Of a DNA stretch of 62,286 bases, positions 19,511 to 29,205 are shown piece after piece. Positions within the stretch are counted from its first letter, which is position 1; the number at the start of each line of letters is the position of its first letter. Where the stretch lies: positions 1 through 62,286 of the forward strand of contig JBEPVR010000002.1 in assembly GCA_041690915.1 (NCBI GenBank), given 5' to 3'. Origin of the DNA: Alphaproteobacteria bacterium. GTDB lineage: Bacteria; Pseudomonadota; Alphaproteobacteria; UBA9655. A program made the translations under genes and the position numbers. The notes under the pieces were generated by a model. The model was not told the DNA's origin, did not search any database, and saw nothing but the letters and a program-made list of their open reading frames with translations.

Positions 19511-21991
19511 ATGAGTTGGTACCACCACTATTTTCTTGTCGGGCCCCTTCCTCCAGACGTTATGTATGGCACGTATGACCCGTACTTGGTCGTCTTATCC
19601 TTTGTCATTGCAGTAATGGCTTCTTACGTCGCTTTCGATATGAGTTCTCATCTTCGTAAACCAACCACTCTCCTCTTTCGTGTGGTATGGCTGTTGGGGG
19701 GAGCATTTGTGATGGGGGCCGGAATATGGTCCATGCACTTTGTTGGAATGCTTGCCTTTATAATGCCAATGAAAATGTCCTATGATTTATTCTGGACAGG
19801 CTTATCTATGATTGTGGCAATTCTTACAGCTGTGATTGCTTTTTTTCTCTTTACAATTAAGAATCCCCAAATAAAACATTATGTATTAAGTGGAGTTGTC
19901 TTAGGATTAGCAATCGCAACGATGCATTACACAGGCATGAAGGGAATGAACAATGTTGTCATTCACTACGAAATTGGACTATTCAGCCTGTCGATTGTCA
20001 TTGCTATGGTCGCGGCTACTGCTGCACTGTGGTTGGCGGTTAGGAGTGACCAAGGATCTTTTCGGAAACGTGTACGTTTAAGGTCTGTGAGTGCCCTCAT
20101 TGCAGGAGTTGCGATTGTGGGTATGCATTATACAGGAATGTTTGCTGCCGTATTTACATCAGCCAAAATGATGACTTCTGGAGTTCTGATTGAGCCAACT
20201 TACTTAGCTATTTTCATTGCAACGATTGTTATAAGTATTATGGTGGTTGCATTAACATTATCTATATCTAAATATTCTATAGATTTGAAATTAAAAAATA
20301 AAAATGATTTTCTGGAAGCTATATTAAATCATATGCAGGGAGGGGTGATTGCCTGTGATAATCATGGAGAATTGACTCTGTTTAATCGTACTGTTGATGA
20401 AATGTATGGCGATAAGATTAAAAAGAAAATGACTCTTAGTGAATGGGTGTCAGCATTACCACTTTTTAAAGCAGACTTTTTACAAAAACTTACGTTGTCC
20501 GAAAATCCTCTTTATCGTGCCTTAAATGGTGCGGATATAAGGGAAGTAGAGGTCATAGCGAAAGATCAACAAGGCAAGAAGCACTCTCTCTTAATTGAAG
20601 GGGAACAACTTCGTGGGACTGAAAATGAAAGTCTTGGGGCTGTTATCGTCTTTAACGACATTAGCGAAAGAAAAATAGGTGAAGAAAAATTGCTCCATCA
20701 AGCTAGCCACGATGTTCTAACGGGTTTGCCCAATCGCCTTCTTCTGTTAGATAGGCTTAATCAAGCTATTATTATAGCTAAACGAGATCATATGAAAATA
20801 ACAGTTGCTTTTATTGATCTTGATTCTTTTAAAATCATTAATGATGCGTTAGGTCATTCAATAGGAGATGAACTCCTTAAAAGCGTTGCTGAACGATTCA
20901 AAGCTCTTTTGCGGGCTTCCGATACGCTCGCCCGCATAGGAGGTGATGAATTTGTTATCCTTTTAACCGGGCCAGAGAATGTTGATCGTATTACAAGTTT
21001 GCTTGAAAGAATCATAGAAAGCATTTCTCAACCTTATAAACTTAAAGGACATGAAGTCAATGTGACTTGCAGTATAGGTTTCAGTATTTACCCCGAGAAT
21101 GGAGATAATGCTGAAACACTTCTTAAAAATGCCGATAACGCGATGTATCAAGCCAAAGAAAAAGGAAAAAATACATTTCAATTTTTTACAGGAGAGATGC
21201 ATACAAAGGTTAGGAAACGCCTAGACATTGAAAATGGACTGAGGCATGCATTGGTTAATAATGAATTTTTTCTAGAGTATCAACCAAAACTTGACATAAA
21301 AACAAATCAGCTTATTGGATTTGAAGCTTTGATAAGATGGCAACATCCAGAACGCGGCCTTATCCCACCCCTAGAATTTATTTCTATAGCAGAAGATACG
21401 GGGCTCATTATTCCCATTGGAAAGTGGGTTCTAGAAACAGCTTGTGCACAAAATAAAGCTTGGCAAGATGAAGGTTTTCCGCACTTGTGTGTTTCAGTTA
21501 ATTTGTCTTCTCACCAATGTAAACAAAAAGATCTGTTTAATATGGTTAAGAATATTTTAAAAGAATCGGGCTTAGAACCACAGTTTCTAGAGCTAGAGTT
21601 AACAGAAGTGCTAGCCATGTCAAACCCATTAGAGTTCATTGAAATGCTTACACAATTTAGAAACCTTGGGATAAAAACATCTATTGATGATTTTGGAACA
21701 GGGTATTCAAGTTTAAATTATTTAAGACAATTTCCTGTGAATTGTCTTAAAATTGACCAATCTTTCATTAAAGAACTTGAAACAAAAGAAGACGATTTAT
21801 CGATTGTCAAAGCCATTGTCTCATTGGGACATAGTTTAAACATGAAAGTGATTGCAGAAGGTGTTGAAACAGCACAACAACTTGCGCGGCTACAAGAACA
21901 GGATTGCGATGAAATTCAAGGGTTCTATTTAAGCCGCCCCATATCTCCCGAAAAGGCTGCTGATTTTATGAAAAAAAGTGTGGAAATTTAA
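19511..21991 (+). CDS. MHYT (membrane sensor)-PAS-GGDEF-EAL protein
   Basis: The N-terminal multi-TM region carries three MH(F/Y)xGM motifs (MHFVGM, MHYTGM, MHYTGM). The I-site RASD and GGDEF (RIGGDEF) are intact. EAL motifs are intact (EALIRWQHP, DDFGTGYSSL, AEGVET). Confidence 0.85.
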   Translation: MSWYHHYFLVGPLPPDVMYGTYDPYLVVLSFVIAVMASYVAFDMSSHLRKPTTLLFRVVWLLGGAFVMGAGIWSMHFVGMLAFIMPMKMSYDLFWTGLSMIVAILTAVIAFFLFTIKNPQIKHYVLSGVVLGLAIATMHYTGMKGMNNVVIHYEIGLFSLSIVIAMVAATAALWLAVRSDQGSFRKRVRLRSVSALIAGVAIVGMHYTGMFAAVFTSAKMMTSGVLIEPTYLAIFIATIVISIMVVALTLSISKYSIDLKLKNKNDFLEAILNHMQGGVIACDNHGELTLFNRTVDEMYGDKIKKKMTLSEWVSALPLFKADFLQKLTLSENPLYRALNGADIREVEVIAKDQQGKKHSLLIEGEQLRGTENESLGAVIVFNDISERKIGEEKLLHQASHDVLTGLPNRLLLLDRLNQAIIIAKRDHMKITVAFIDLDSFKIINDALGHSIGDELLKSVAERFKALLRASDTLARIGGDEFVILLTGPENVDRITSLLERIIESISQPYKLKGHEVNVTCSIGFSIYPENGDNAETLLKNADNAMYQAKEKGKNTFQFFTGEMHTKVRKRLDIENGLRHALVNNEFFLEYQPKLDIKTNQLIGFEALIRWQHPERGLIPPLEFISIAEDTGLIIPIGKWVLETACAQNKAWQDEGFPHLCVSVNLSSHQCKQKDLFNMVKNILKESGLEPQFLELELTEVLAMSNPLEFIEMLTQFRNLGIKTSIDDFGTGYSSLNYLRQFPVNCLKIDQSFIKELETKEDDLSIVKAIVSLGHSLNMKVIAEGVETAQQLARLQEQDCDEIQGFYLSRPISPEKAADFMKKSVEI

Positions 21992-22135
21992 AAGATTTAC
22001 ATATTAATACAATTATCTCCTTGGCTATTTATCCATTATTCTCTTTGAACCCCACTTACTTATGAAACATACATAATTTTTTAATAAAAATAGCGTAATA
22101 TGTAAATTGACGCTGAATTCAATAGAGAGGACATC

Positions 22136-23275
22136 ATGAAAATCGAGACATTTGATTATACAATTGAAGAAGGTTGGTCGGTTAAGAAGTTTCCAGAGAT
22201 GGATTCAGAACAAACATTAGTTCTTATTTTTTCAGCTCCTGAGTTCATCAGCAATCCTGCTCCTTTGAAAGAACTGGCTCAACATTATCCTAAATCTAAA
22301 ATTATTGGCTGTTCCACTGCAGGAGAGATAGTTGGGCCTCATGTTTTGGATAAAAGCATATCCGTTGCTGTGACTCGGTTTGAAAAAACAACTTTAAAGC
22401 TTGCAACCGTTGTCATTCATAGGTCTGAGGATTCATTTCCAGCAGGTGAGTCAATAGCGCAACAATTAGATAAAGATGACTTGCGTGGCATCCTTGTGTT
22501 GTCCGATGGATTACAGGTCAACGGGTCAGAGCTTGTTAAAGGATTAAATACCATTGGAAAAGAAAATGTCATTATTACGGGCGGATTGGCAGGCGATGGA
22601 GATAGGTTTAAGGAAACGTGGATTATCATAAATGATGAGATTCATAAAGACCATATTGCAGCTATAGGATTATATGGTAATGAAATCCAAATTGGATTTG
22701 CCTCTCGGGGAGGATGGGATATTTTTGGCCCCGAACGCTATATTACGCGTTCTAAAGGGAACATTCTTTATGAGCTTGATGGACAGCCTGCTCTTACCCT
22801 CTATAAAGAATATCTTGGTGAAAGAGCATCAGGGCTTCCCTCAACAGGTCTTTTGTTCCCTCTCGCTATCCATGAGGATCACGAACAGACGAGACTTCTT
22901 GTGCGAACGATCTTGGCTGTGGATGAGAATGAACAATCCCTTATTTTTGCGGGGGACGTGCCGACCGGATACCGTGCTCAGCTAATGCATGCAAACTTTG
23001 ACCGGCTTATTGAAAGTGCTGGTGAGACGGGTAAAATTGCAACAATCAAAAATAAAAGTGCTGGTCCAATTCTTGCAGTTGCAATCAGCTGTGTGGGAAG
23101 ACGCTTGCTGCTGGGAGAAAGAACGGAAGAAGAAACAGAATCGCTACTTGAAACCTTGCCAAAAGGGACAAAACAATTGGGGTTTTATTCCTATGGTGAA
23201 TTATCACCGGTTATTGCAGGAACCTGCGATTTACATAATCAAACGATGACGTTGACAACTTTCAGTGAAGATTAA
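22136..23275 (+). CDS. FIST domain (FIST_N + FIST_C) sensory protein
   Basis: The 379-aa size and the GCSTAGEI and later GFYSYGE blocks are characteristic of FIST proteins. No output domain is present. Confidence 0.75.
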   Translation: MKIETFDYTIEEGWSVKKFPEMDSEQTLVLIFSAPEFISNPAPLKELAQHYPKSKIIGCSTAGEIVGPHVLDKSISVAVTRFEKTTLKLATVVIHRSEDSFPAGESIAQQLDKDDLRGILVLSDGLQVNGSELVKGLNTIGKENVIITGGLAGDGDRFKETWIIINDEIHKDHIAAIGLYGNEIQIGFASRGGWDIFGPERYITRSKGNILYELDGQPALTLYKEYLGERASGLPSTGLLFPLAIHEDHEQTRLLVRTILAVDENEQSLIFAGDVPTGYRAQLMHANFDRLIESAGETGKIATIKNKSAGPILAVAISCVGRRLLLGERTEEETESLLETLPKGTKQLGFYSYGELSPVIAGTCDLHNQTMTLTTFSED

Positions 23276-23298
23276 TGTAGGTGAAGGTTTAGGCATCG

Positions 23299-24717
23299 AT
23301 GGAATTACATCCCTTGTTAGTACGACAACTTAATCGCTTAGGCTTAACAAGCGATAAACTTCATTCTGAGCCTAAAAAATGGCTGGAATTGATTGAAAAA
23401 GTTAGCAAAGCATATGTTGAGGCCGATCAAGAGCGCTATTTAATTGAACGGTCAATGGACTTGTCTTCTCGGGAATTGCTCGAACTGAACAAAAAATTAG
23501 AAACGGCTCAGCAGACGGCTGGGCTTGGATACTGGTCTTATGATAAATCAACTGAAAAAATAACGCTTTCAAAAGGATTATATACAATCTTTGGGCTAAA
23601 ACATGACGAACCTCTCCTTACTTTTGAGGAATTTATGCAATTGGTAGATGGAAAACAGCGCTCTCGCTTTAGAGAGTTGATCGAGAAAGCTTTTTCTGAA
23701 GAAATTGATTGTGAAGACGAAATCCAAATGCAAAGACCCGATGGTGAATACGGTTGGTATTATATTTACGGCCGCCCTCTGAAAGATAAAACAAAAAAAG
23801 TTATCCTAACAGGAATTGCTATGGATATCACAGGCCGTAGAAAGGCTGAAGAAGAAGTTGCTCTTCTCAATCAACAACTCATTACAACAGCGCGTCAAAT
23901 TGGGATGGCAGATGTCGCTTCCACGACTCTTCATAATGTTGGAAATATTTTAAGTAGTGCGAGTGTGTCTGCTGAGCTATTACAAGAATACATTGAGCAA
24001 CCCCACTTTAAAAAACTTTTTTCTATAATGGATATCTTAAAAGAACATTTACCTACACTTTCAGATTTTTTGACGCAAGATCATCAAGGAAAATTAATCC
24101 CTCAATATCTTGTATCCTTGAATGAATACTTACGGAAAGACAATGAAATATTTGTAGGAGAAATTAGTCTTCTTAGACAAAAAATTCAACATATTAAGGA
24201 TATTATAGGAACGCAGGATACTCTCACACGTGCAGGGGGCATGACGGAGAAGGTTTCATTAACCGATATTATCAACAAAGCCTTACAATTATCTGAAAAT
24301 TCGCCTAAATTTAAAGATATTGAAATTAAAAAAGAGTATGAAGAAGATTTAATTATTATTGTAGATAAAACAAAATTGTTACAAATACTTGTTAATTTGA
24401 TTCAAAATGCAAAAGAATCTCTTGCTACTAAGGAACAATCTAACCTTAAGTTGCTTCAACTTATTATTCGAAAAGATGAGCCTCTTAATAAAATTGAAAT
24501 TATTGTAGAGGATAATGGGGTAGGAATATTAAAAGAGAATCTGACAAAAATTTTCTCTTTAGGTTTCACAACCAAAGACAGTGGCCATGGGCTGGGGCTG
24601 CACTCAAGTGCCATAGCTGCACAAGAAATGGGAGGTTCCCTTTTAGCAGAAAGTAAAGGGATAGGGAAAGGAGCTGGTTTCACCTTAGTCTTACCTTACA
24701 TAGCCCCAAATGCATAA
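23299..24717 (+). CDS. Coiled-coil/PAS sensor histidine kinase with a non-canonical H-box
   Basis: HATPase_c boxes are present (N: LIQNAKESL; G1: DNGVGI; G2: GHGLGL). The phospho-acceptor region reads TTLHNVGNIL rather than the classical HExxxP. Starts 23 nt after the FIST gene. Confidence 0.8.
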   Translation: MELHPLLVRQLNRLGLTSDKLHSEPKKWLELIEKVSKAYVEADQERYLIERSMDLSSRELLELNKKLETAQQTAGLGYWSYDKSTEKITLSKGLYTIFGLKHDEPLLTFEEFMQLVDGKQRSRFRELIEKAFSEEIDCEDEIQMQRPDGEYGWYYIYGRPLKDKTKKVILTGIAMDITGRRKAEEEVALLNQQLITTARQIGMADVASTTLHNVGNILSSASVSAELLQEYIEQPHFKKLFSIMDILKEHLPTLSDFLTQDHQGKLIPQYLVSLNEYLRKDNEIFVGEISLLRQKIQHIKDIIGTQDTLTRAGGMTEKVSLTDIINKALQLSENSPKFKDIEIKKEYEEDLIIIVDKTKLLQILVNLIQNAKESLATKEQSNLKLLQLIIRKDEPLNKIEIIVEDNGVGILKENLTKIFSLGFTTKDSGHGLGLHSSAIAAQEMGGSLLAESKGIGKGAGFTLVLPYIAPNA

Positions 24718-24837
24718 ACCACGGGTTGGTTGTTAGTATTTAATAAACTTATTTCTGATATCTTGGAGAAGACTTTTTTTAAGGGAGAAAAAAATAATGC
24801 AACCTTGGGTAATGTTACCCCTTATAAGGATTGAAAA

Positions 24838-27093
24838 ATGAGTCAAGAAGATGATTTTCGCATTATTATCATTGACGATAATCCTGCCATTCATCAGGAC
24901 TTTATTAAAATTCTAGCAGCCAAAGCAAAAACACCAGAATTAAACATTTTGGAAGGAAAAATATTTGGAAACGCCAACAAGGTAGAAGACGTAGGACTGC
25001 CCCACTTTCACATTGATACAGCTTCCCAGGGACAAGAAGGGGTTGAGCTTATCCAAAAAGCCCTTGGTGAAGGACGACCATATGCTCTTGCGTTTGTAGA
25101 TATTCGTATGCCCCCTGGATGGAATGGAATTGAAACAATTAAGCACGTCTGGGCTCTCGATCCTAATATTCAAGTTGTTATTTGTACGGCATTTTCTGAT
25201 TATACTTGGGAAGACACTATTAAGGAGCTTGGAATGAGAGATAATTTACTCATTCTTAAAAAGCCGTTTGATACGGTTTCTGTCCGTCAGCTTGCTTCTG
25301 CACTCACTAAAAAGTGGCAACTTGTGGAACAAGCCAGAACATATACAGAATTTCTTGAACAGAACGTTCAAGAACGTACAAGCTCCCTTAATAACGCCCT
25401 TTCTTTGACACGTGCTACTCTTGAATCATCAGCGGACGGCATATTGGTTACAAACGCTGCAGGAAAAATTATTGACTACAATCAACAGCTTATTGAGATG
25501 TGGGAAATTCCTGAATCCTTAATGGCTCATAAAGACTTTAAGGTGCTCATGGAGTACATGTTAAACCAACTGAAAAATCCAAGTGAATTTCAAAAAATTA
25601 TTCTTGAAATAAATAAACAACATGAAAATATAATTAATAAAATATTTAAATGTAAAGATAAGCGCGTTTTTGAATGTTATACTCAACCTCAAAAATTAGA
25701 CGGTCAAATTATTGGACGTGTTTGGAGCTTTAGAAATGTGACAAAGCGCTTTAAGCTTGAGAAAAAACTCCATAAACAAGCAACACATGACGCTTTAACA
25801 GGATTGCCTAATCGCATCCTTTTGACAGACCGCATTCAACAAGCCATTTCAGGAGCCGAACGCGCAGGAAGTATTTTTGGAGTATTATTTTTTGATTTAG
25901 ATCGTTTCAAACTTATAAACGATAGCTTAAGTCATCAGGCGGGAGACCAACTTCTTCAAAAAATTGCTAAACGTTTGATATCAACTTTTCGAGCTGAGGA
26001 TACAATTTCAAGGTTGGGGGGAGATGAATTTGTTATGGTCATTGTAGACCTAGAAAAAGACAGATCTATGGCAAACATTGCAGATAAGTTACAAGGCATT
26101 TTTAAAAAGCCTTTTAAAATATCAAATCGAGATGTGTTTATTACAGTAAGCGTTGGTATCAGTATCTATCCAAAAGATGGGAAAACGGCAAATGAGCTTT
26201 TAAGCAATGCCGACCTCGCCATGTATCGTGCCAAAGAGTTAGGGGCGAATCAATTTCAATTCTCTACGCCGGAGATGAGTAAGTTAGCTCGTATACGTTT
26301 GGAGCAAGAGAACGAGCTGAGGTGGGCTATTGAAAACAAAGAGTTCTTTCTTACTTACCAACCTCAATTCGACTTAATCACCAGAGAATTGGTATCTGTT
26401 GAAGCTCTCATTCGATGGAAGCACCCTACAAAGGGTATTATTCTTCCTTTAGATTTTATTCCTCTAGCGGAAGGAATAGGGCTCATTATTCCTATTGGAG
26501 AATGGATGTTAAGAACGGCTTGTCAGCAAAATAAAGATTGGCAGAACATGGGTTTTCCTAAGATACGAGTTTCTGTAAATGTAGAAAATCATCAGTTTAT
26601 GCAACTCGATTTTATAGAAAAAGTTAAAAATATGCTCCACGAAACGGGTCTTAAGTCAAAATATCTTGAAATTGAGATAAGAGAAAGTGTGATTATTCAC
26701 AATCCTGATGTAATGAAAATTATTGAAGACTTAAAAAAATTAGGGGTGGAAATTTCCCTTGATCAGTTCGGAGTGGGTAACTCGAGCCTAGGATATCTTA
26801 AAAAAATACATTTGGACAGATTAAAAATAGATGAGTCTTTCATACAAAATATTGATGTAGATAGAAGCGATGAAGTGATCATACAGGCTATAATAGATAT
26901 AGCGCATAGTTTAGATTATCAAGTTCTTGCTGATGGCGTAGAAACCAAAAAACAAGTGAAATTTCTGATAACTAAAAATTGTCAGACAGCTCAAGGATAC
27001 TACTTTTCCAAACCAATAAGTCCACAAGAGTTTGAAACAATGATGAAAGCATACAATCCAATTCCTTCAATTCCTCCCCCGAAAAAGCAGTAG
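24838..27093 (+). CDS. Response-regulator receiver-PAS-GGDEF-EAL protein
   Basis: REC domain (IIIIDDN...FVDIRMPPGWNG). I-site RAED plus RLGGDEF are intact. The EAL domain is present but carries substitutions (DQFGVGNSS, ADGVET, EIEIRES). Confidence 0.85.
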   Translation: MSQEDDFRIIIIDDNPAIHQDFIKILAAKAKTPELNILEGKIFGNANKVEDVGLPHFHIDTASQGQEGVELIQKALGEGRPYALAFVDIRMPPGWNGIETIKHVWALDPNIQVVICTAFSDYTWEDTIKELGMRDNLLILKKPFDTVSVRQLASALTKKWQLVEQARTYTEFLEQNVQERTSSLNNALSLTRATLESSADGILVTNAAGKIIDYNQQLIEMWEIPESLMAHKDFKVLMEYMLNQLKNPSEFQKIILEINKQHENIINKIFKCKDKRVFECYTQPQKLDGQIIGRVWSFRNVTKRFKLEKKLHKQATHDALTGLPNRILLTDRIQQAISGAERAGSIFGVLFFDLDRFKLINDSLSHQAGDQLLQKIAKRLISTFRAEDTISRLGGDEFVMVIVDLEKDRSMANIADKLQGIFKKPFKISNRDVFITVSVGISIYPKDGKTANELLSNADLAMYRAKELGANQFQFSTPEMSKLARIRLEQENELRWAIENKEFFLTYQPQFDLITRELVSVEALIRWKHPTKGIILPLDFIPLAEGIGLIIPIGEWMLRTACQQNKDWQNMGFPKIRVSVNVENHQFMQLDFIEKVKNMLHETGLKSKYLEIEIRESVIIHNPDVMKIIEDLKKLGVEISLDQFGVGNSSLGYLKKIHLDRLKIDESFIQNIDVDRSDEVIIQAIIDIAHSLDYQVLADGVETKKQVKFLITKNCQTAQGYYFSKPISPQEFETMMKAYNPIPSIPPPKKQ

Positions 27094-27320
27094 TTTTTCC
27101 TAAAAACACCGTCTACAGCAACCAGTAAATCTTCGTAAATAAATTGGTTACAATAGTGCCATTGTCTTAATCCTTCGTCAGGTTCGTATATAGCGCGCTT
27201 TTATATATTGCCACTTCTCAAACTTTAATGTGGCGTCTCTCAAACAAAGTTGAAAAAAGCTTTCCTTATTCCCATATAAAAGATACAGTGCAGCTTCTTT
27301 TTATCAGATAAGAGTTTTCA

Positions 27321-29141
27321 ATGAGTACGATTCGAAATTTAGCCATTATTGCCCATGTGGATCATGGAAAAACAACATTGGTAGATGCACTTTTCCGTCA
27401 AAGTGGTGTTTATCGCGATAACCAGCGTATCGCTGAACGAGCCATGGACAGCAATGAATTAGAAAAAGAGCGAGGCATCACGATTCTCGCAAAATGTACA
27501 TCCATTTTGTGGCATGAGAATCGCTTGAACATTGTTGATACGCCCGGCCACGCTGACTTTGGGGGCGAAGTTGAACGGATTCTTTCGATGGTGGATGGGG
27601 TGCTTGTTCTGGTAGATGCTTCCGAAGGGCCCATGCCTCAAACAAAATTTGTGGTTGCCAAAGCTTTGCGCCAAGGCCTAAAGCCCATTGTGGTTATTAA
27701 TAAAGCGGACAAGCCTGATGCCCGGCCTTATGAAGTTCATGAAGAAGTCTTCGATTTATTTGCTGCTCTTGATGCTAATGATGAGCAGCTGGATTTTCCA
27801 ACCCTCTATGCTTCCGCCAAAGAAGGGTGGGCCATTGAAAATTTAGAGGATGAGAAAAAGGATCTTTCTCCCCTTTTTAATACGATTATCAAATACGTTC
27901 CTTATGCTGAAGGAGATCCAGAAGCTCCTTTTTCCATGCTCGTGACCACTCTTGAATCTGATCCTTATTTAGGTCGTATCTTAACAGGCCGCATTTTCAG
28001 TGGTACGGCGCGTGTGAATATGCCCGTGAAAGCATTAGGTCGCGAGGGAGAGGCTTTAGAGCAAACCCGCCTGACAAAACTTTTGGCGTTTCGCGGGCTG
28101 GAGCGTGTTCCCATTCAAGAGGCAACTGCAGGCGATATTGTGGCAGTTGCAGGTTTTGAAAAAGCCACCGTTTCTGACACCATTTGTGCCCCTGAAGTGA
28201 CGGAGCCTTTGAAAGCGCTTCCCATTGATCCCCCCACCTTGGCGATGACGTTTGGTGTGAATGATTCTCCTCTTGCAGGAAAAGAAGGAAAAAAAGTTAC
28301 GTCTCGATTGATCAGGGATCGTTTGATGGCGGAAGCGGAAAGCAATGTCTCCATCAAAGTCACGGAAACCGAAAATACAGATGCTTTCGAAGTGGCGGGT
28401 CGGGGCGAATTGCAACTGGGTGTTTTGATTGAAACCATGCGTCGCGAAGGGTTTGAAATGGCGATTGGTCGCCCGCGCGTTCTTTTTAAGACAGATGACG
28501 CTACTGGGCAACTCTTAGAACCAATGGAAGAAGTCCAAATTGATGTGGATGATGAGTACACAGGGATTGTGGTTGAAAAAATGGGATTGCGAAAAGGGGA
28601 AATGAATGATCTACGCCCTTCCGGCGGGGGAAAAACGCGGATTACGTTTATTGCTCCGTCTCGCGGGTTGATTGGATACCAAGGAGAATTTTTAACGGAC
28701 ACGCGCGGAACCGGGATTATGAGCCGCCTTTTCCATAGCTATGCGGCCTTTAAAGGCCCTATTGGCGGCAGACGCAATGGGGTTTTAATCTCAAATATAA
28801 TGGGGCAGGCCGTCGCTTATGCCTTGTGGAATTTGGAAGATCGAGGAGGGATGTTTATTACCCCTGGGACTGCGGTTTATGAGGGAATGATTATTGGGGA
28901 GCATACGCGCGACAATGATTTGGAAGTGAATCCTTTGAAGGCTAAGCAACTCACAAACATTCGGGCTGCAGGCAAAGATGAAGCCATCCGTTTGACACCG
29001 CCCCGTATCATGACTCTTGAGCAGGCGATTGCCTATATTGAAGAAGACGAACTTGTCGAAGTTACACCTCAATCCCTTCGGTTGCGGAAAGTTTTACTTG
29101 ATCCCAATGCGCGGAAAAGGGCAGATCGGGAGAAGAGTTAA
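27321..29141 (+). CDS. typA: Translational GTPase TypA/BipA
   Basis: N-terminal G domain ([31 protein letters not shown]) and the typical 606-aa length. Confidence 0.95.
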   Translation: MSTIRNLAIIAHVDHGKTTLVDALFRQSGVYRDNQRIAERAMDSNELEKERGITILAKCTSILWHENRLNIVDTPGHADFGGEVERILSMVDGVLVLVDASEGPMPQTKFVVAKALRQGLKPIVVINKADKPDARPYEVHEEVFDLFAALDANDEQLDFPTLYASAKEGWAIENLEDEKKDLSPLFNTIIKYVPYAEGDPEAPFSMLVTTLESDPYLGRILTGRIFSGTARVNMPVKALGREGEALEQTRLTKLLAFRGLERVPIQEATAGDIVAVAGFEKATVSDTICAPEVTEPLKALPIDPPTLAMTFGVNDSPLAGKEGKKVTSRLIRDRLMAEAESNVSIKVTETENTDAFEVAGRGELQLGVLIETMRREGFEMAIGRPRVLFKTDDATGQLLEPMEEVQIDVDDEYTGIVVEKMGLRKGEMNDLRPSGGGKTRITFIAPSRGLIGYQGEFLTDTRGTGIMSRLFHSYAAFKGPIGGRRNGVLISNIMGQAVAYALWNLEDRGGMFITPGTAVYEGMIIGEHTRDNDLEVNPLKAKQLTNIRAAGKDEAIRLTPPRIMTLEQAIAYIEEDELVEVTPQSLRLRKVLLDPNARKRADREKS

Positions 29142-29205
29142 TATCGCACTGGGTTCCGGGACCTAGAAATGATTGTAGAAGGAAGAAACTCATACATGAT
29201 GAGAG

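Noticed and set aside
27094-27320. A direct repeat of the tRNA-Arg 3' end (attR) that would delimit the c-di-GMP block as an integrated island
   Set aside because: Only a 7-nt match (aggttcg at 27180-27186) was found by eye, and no integrase gene is present. This is not enough to call an att site.
28056-28702. Long antisense ORFs (151 and 195 aa) inside typA
   Set aside because: The typA reading frame is unambiguous from conserved GTPase motifs. The antisense ORFs show no recognisable motifs and are typical of antisense frames in GC-richer genes.
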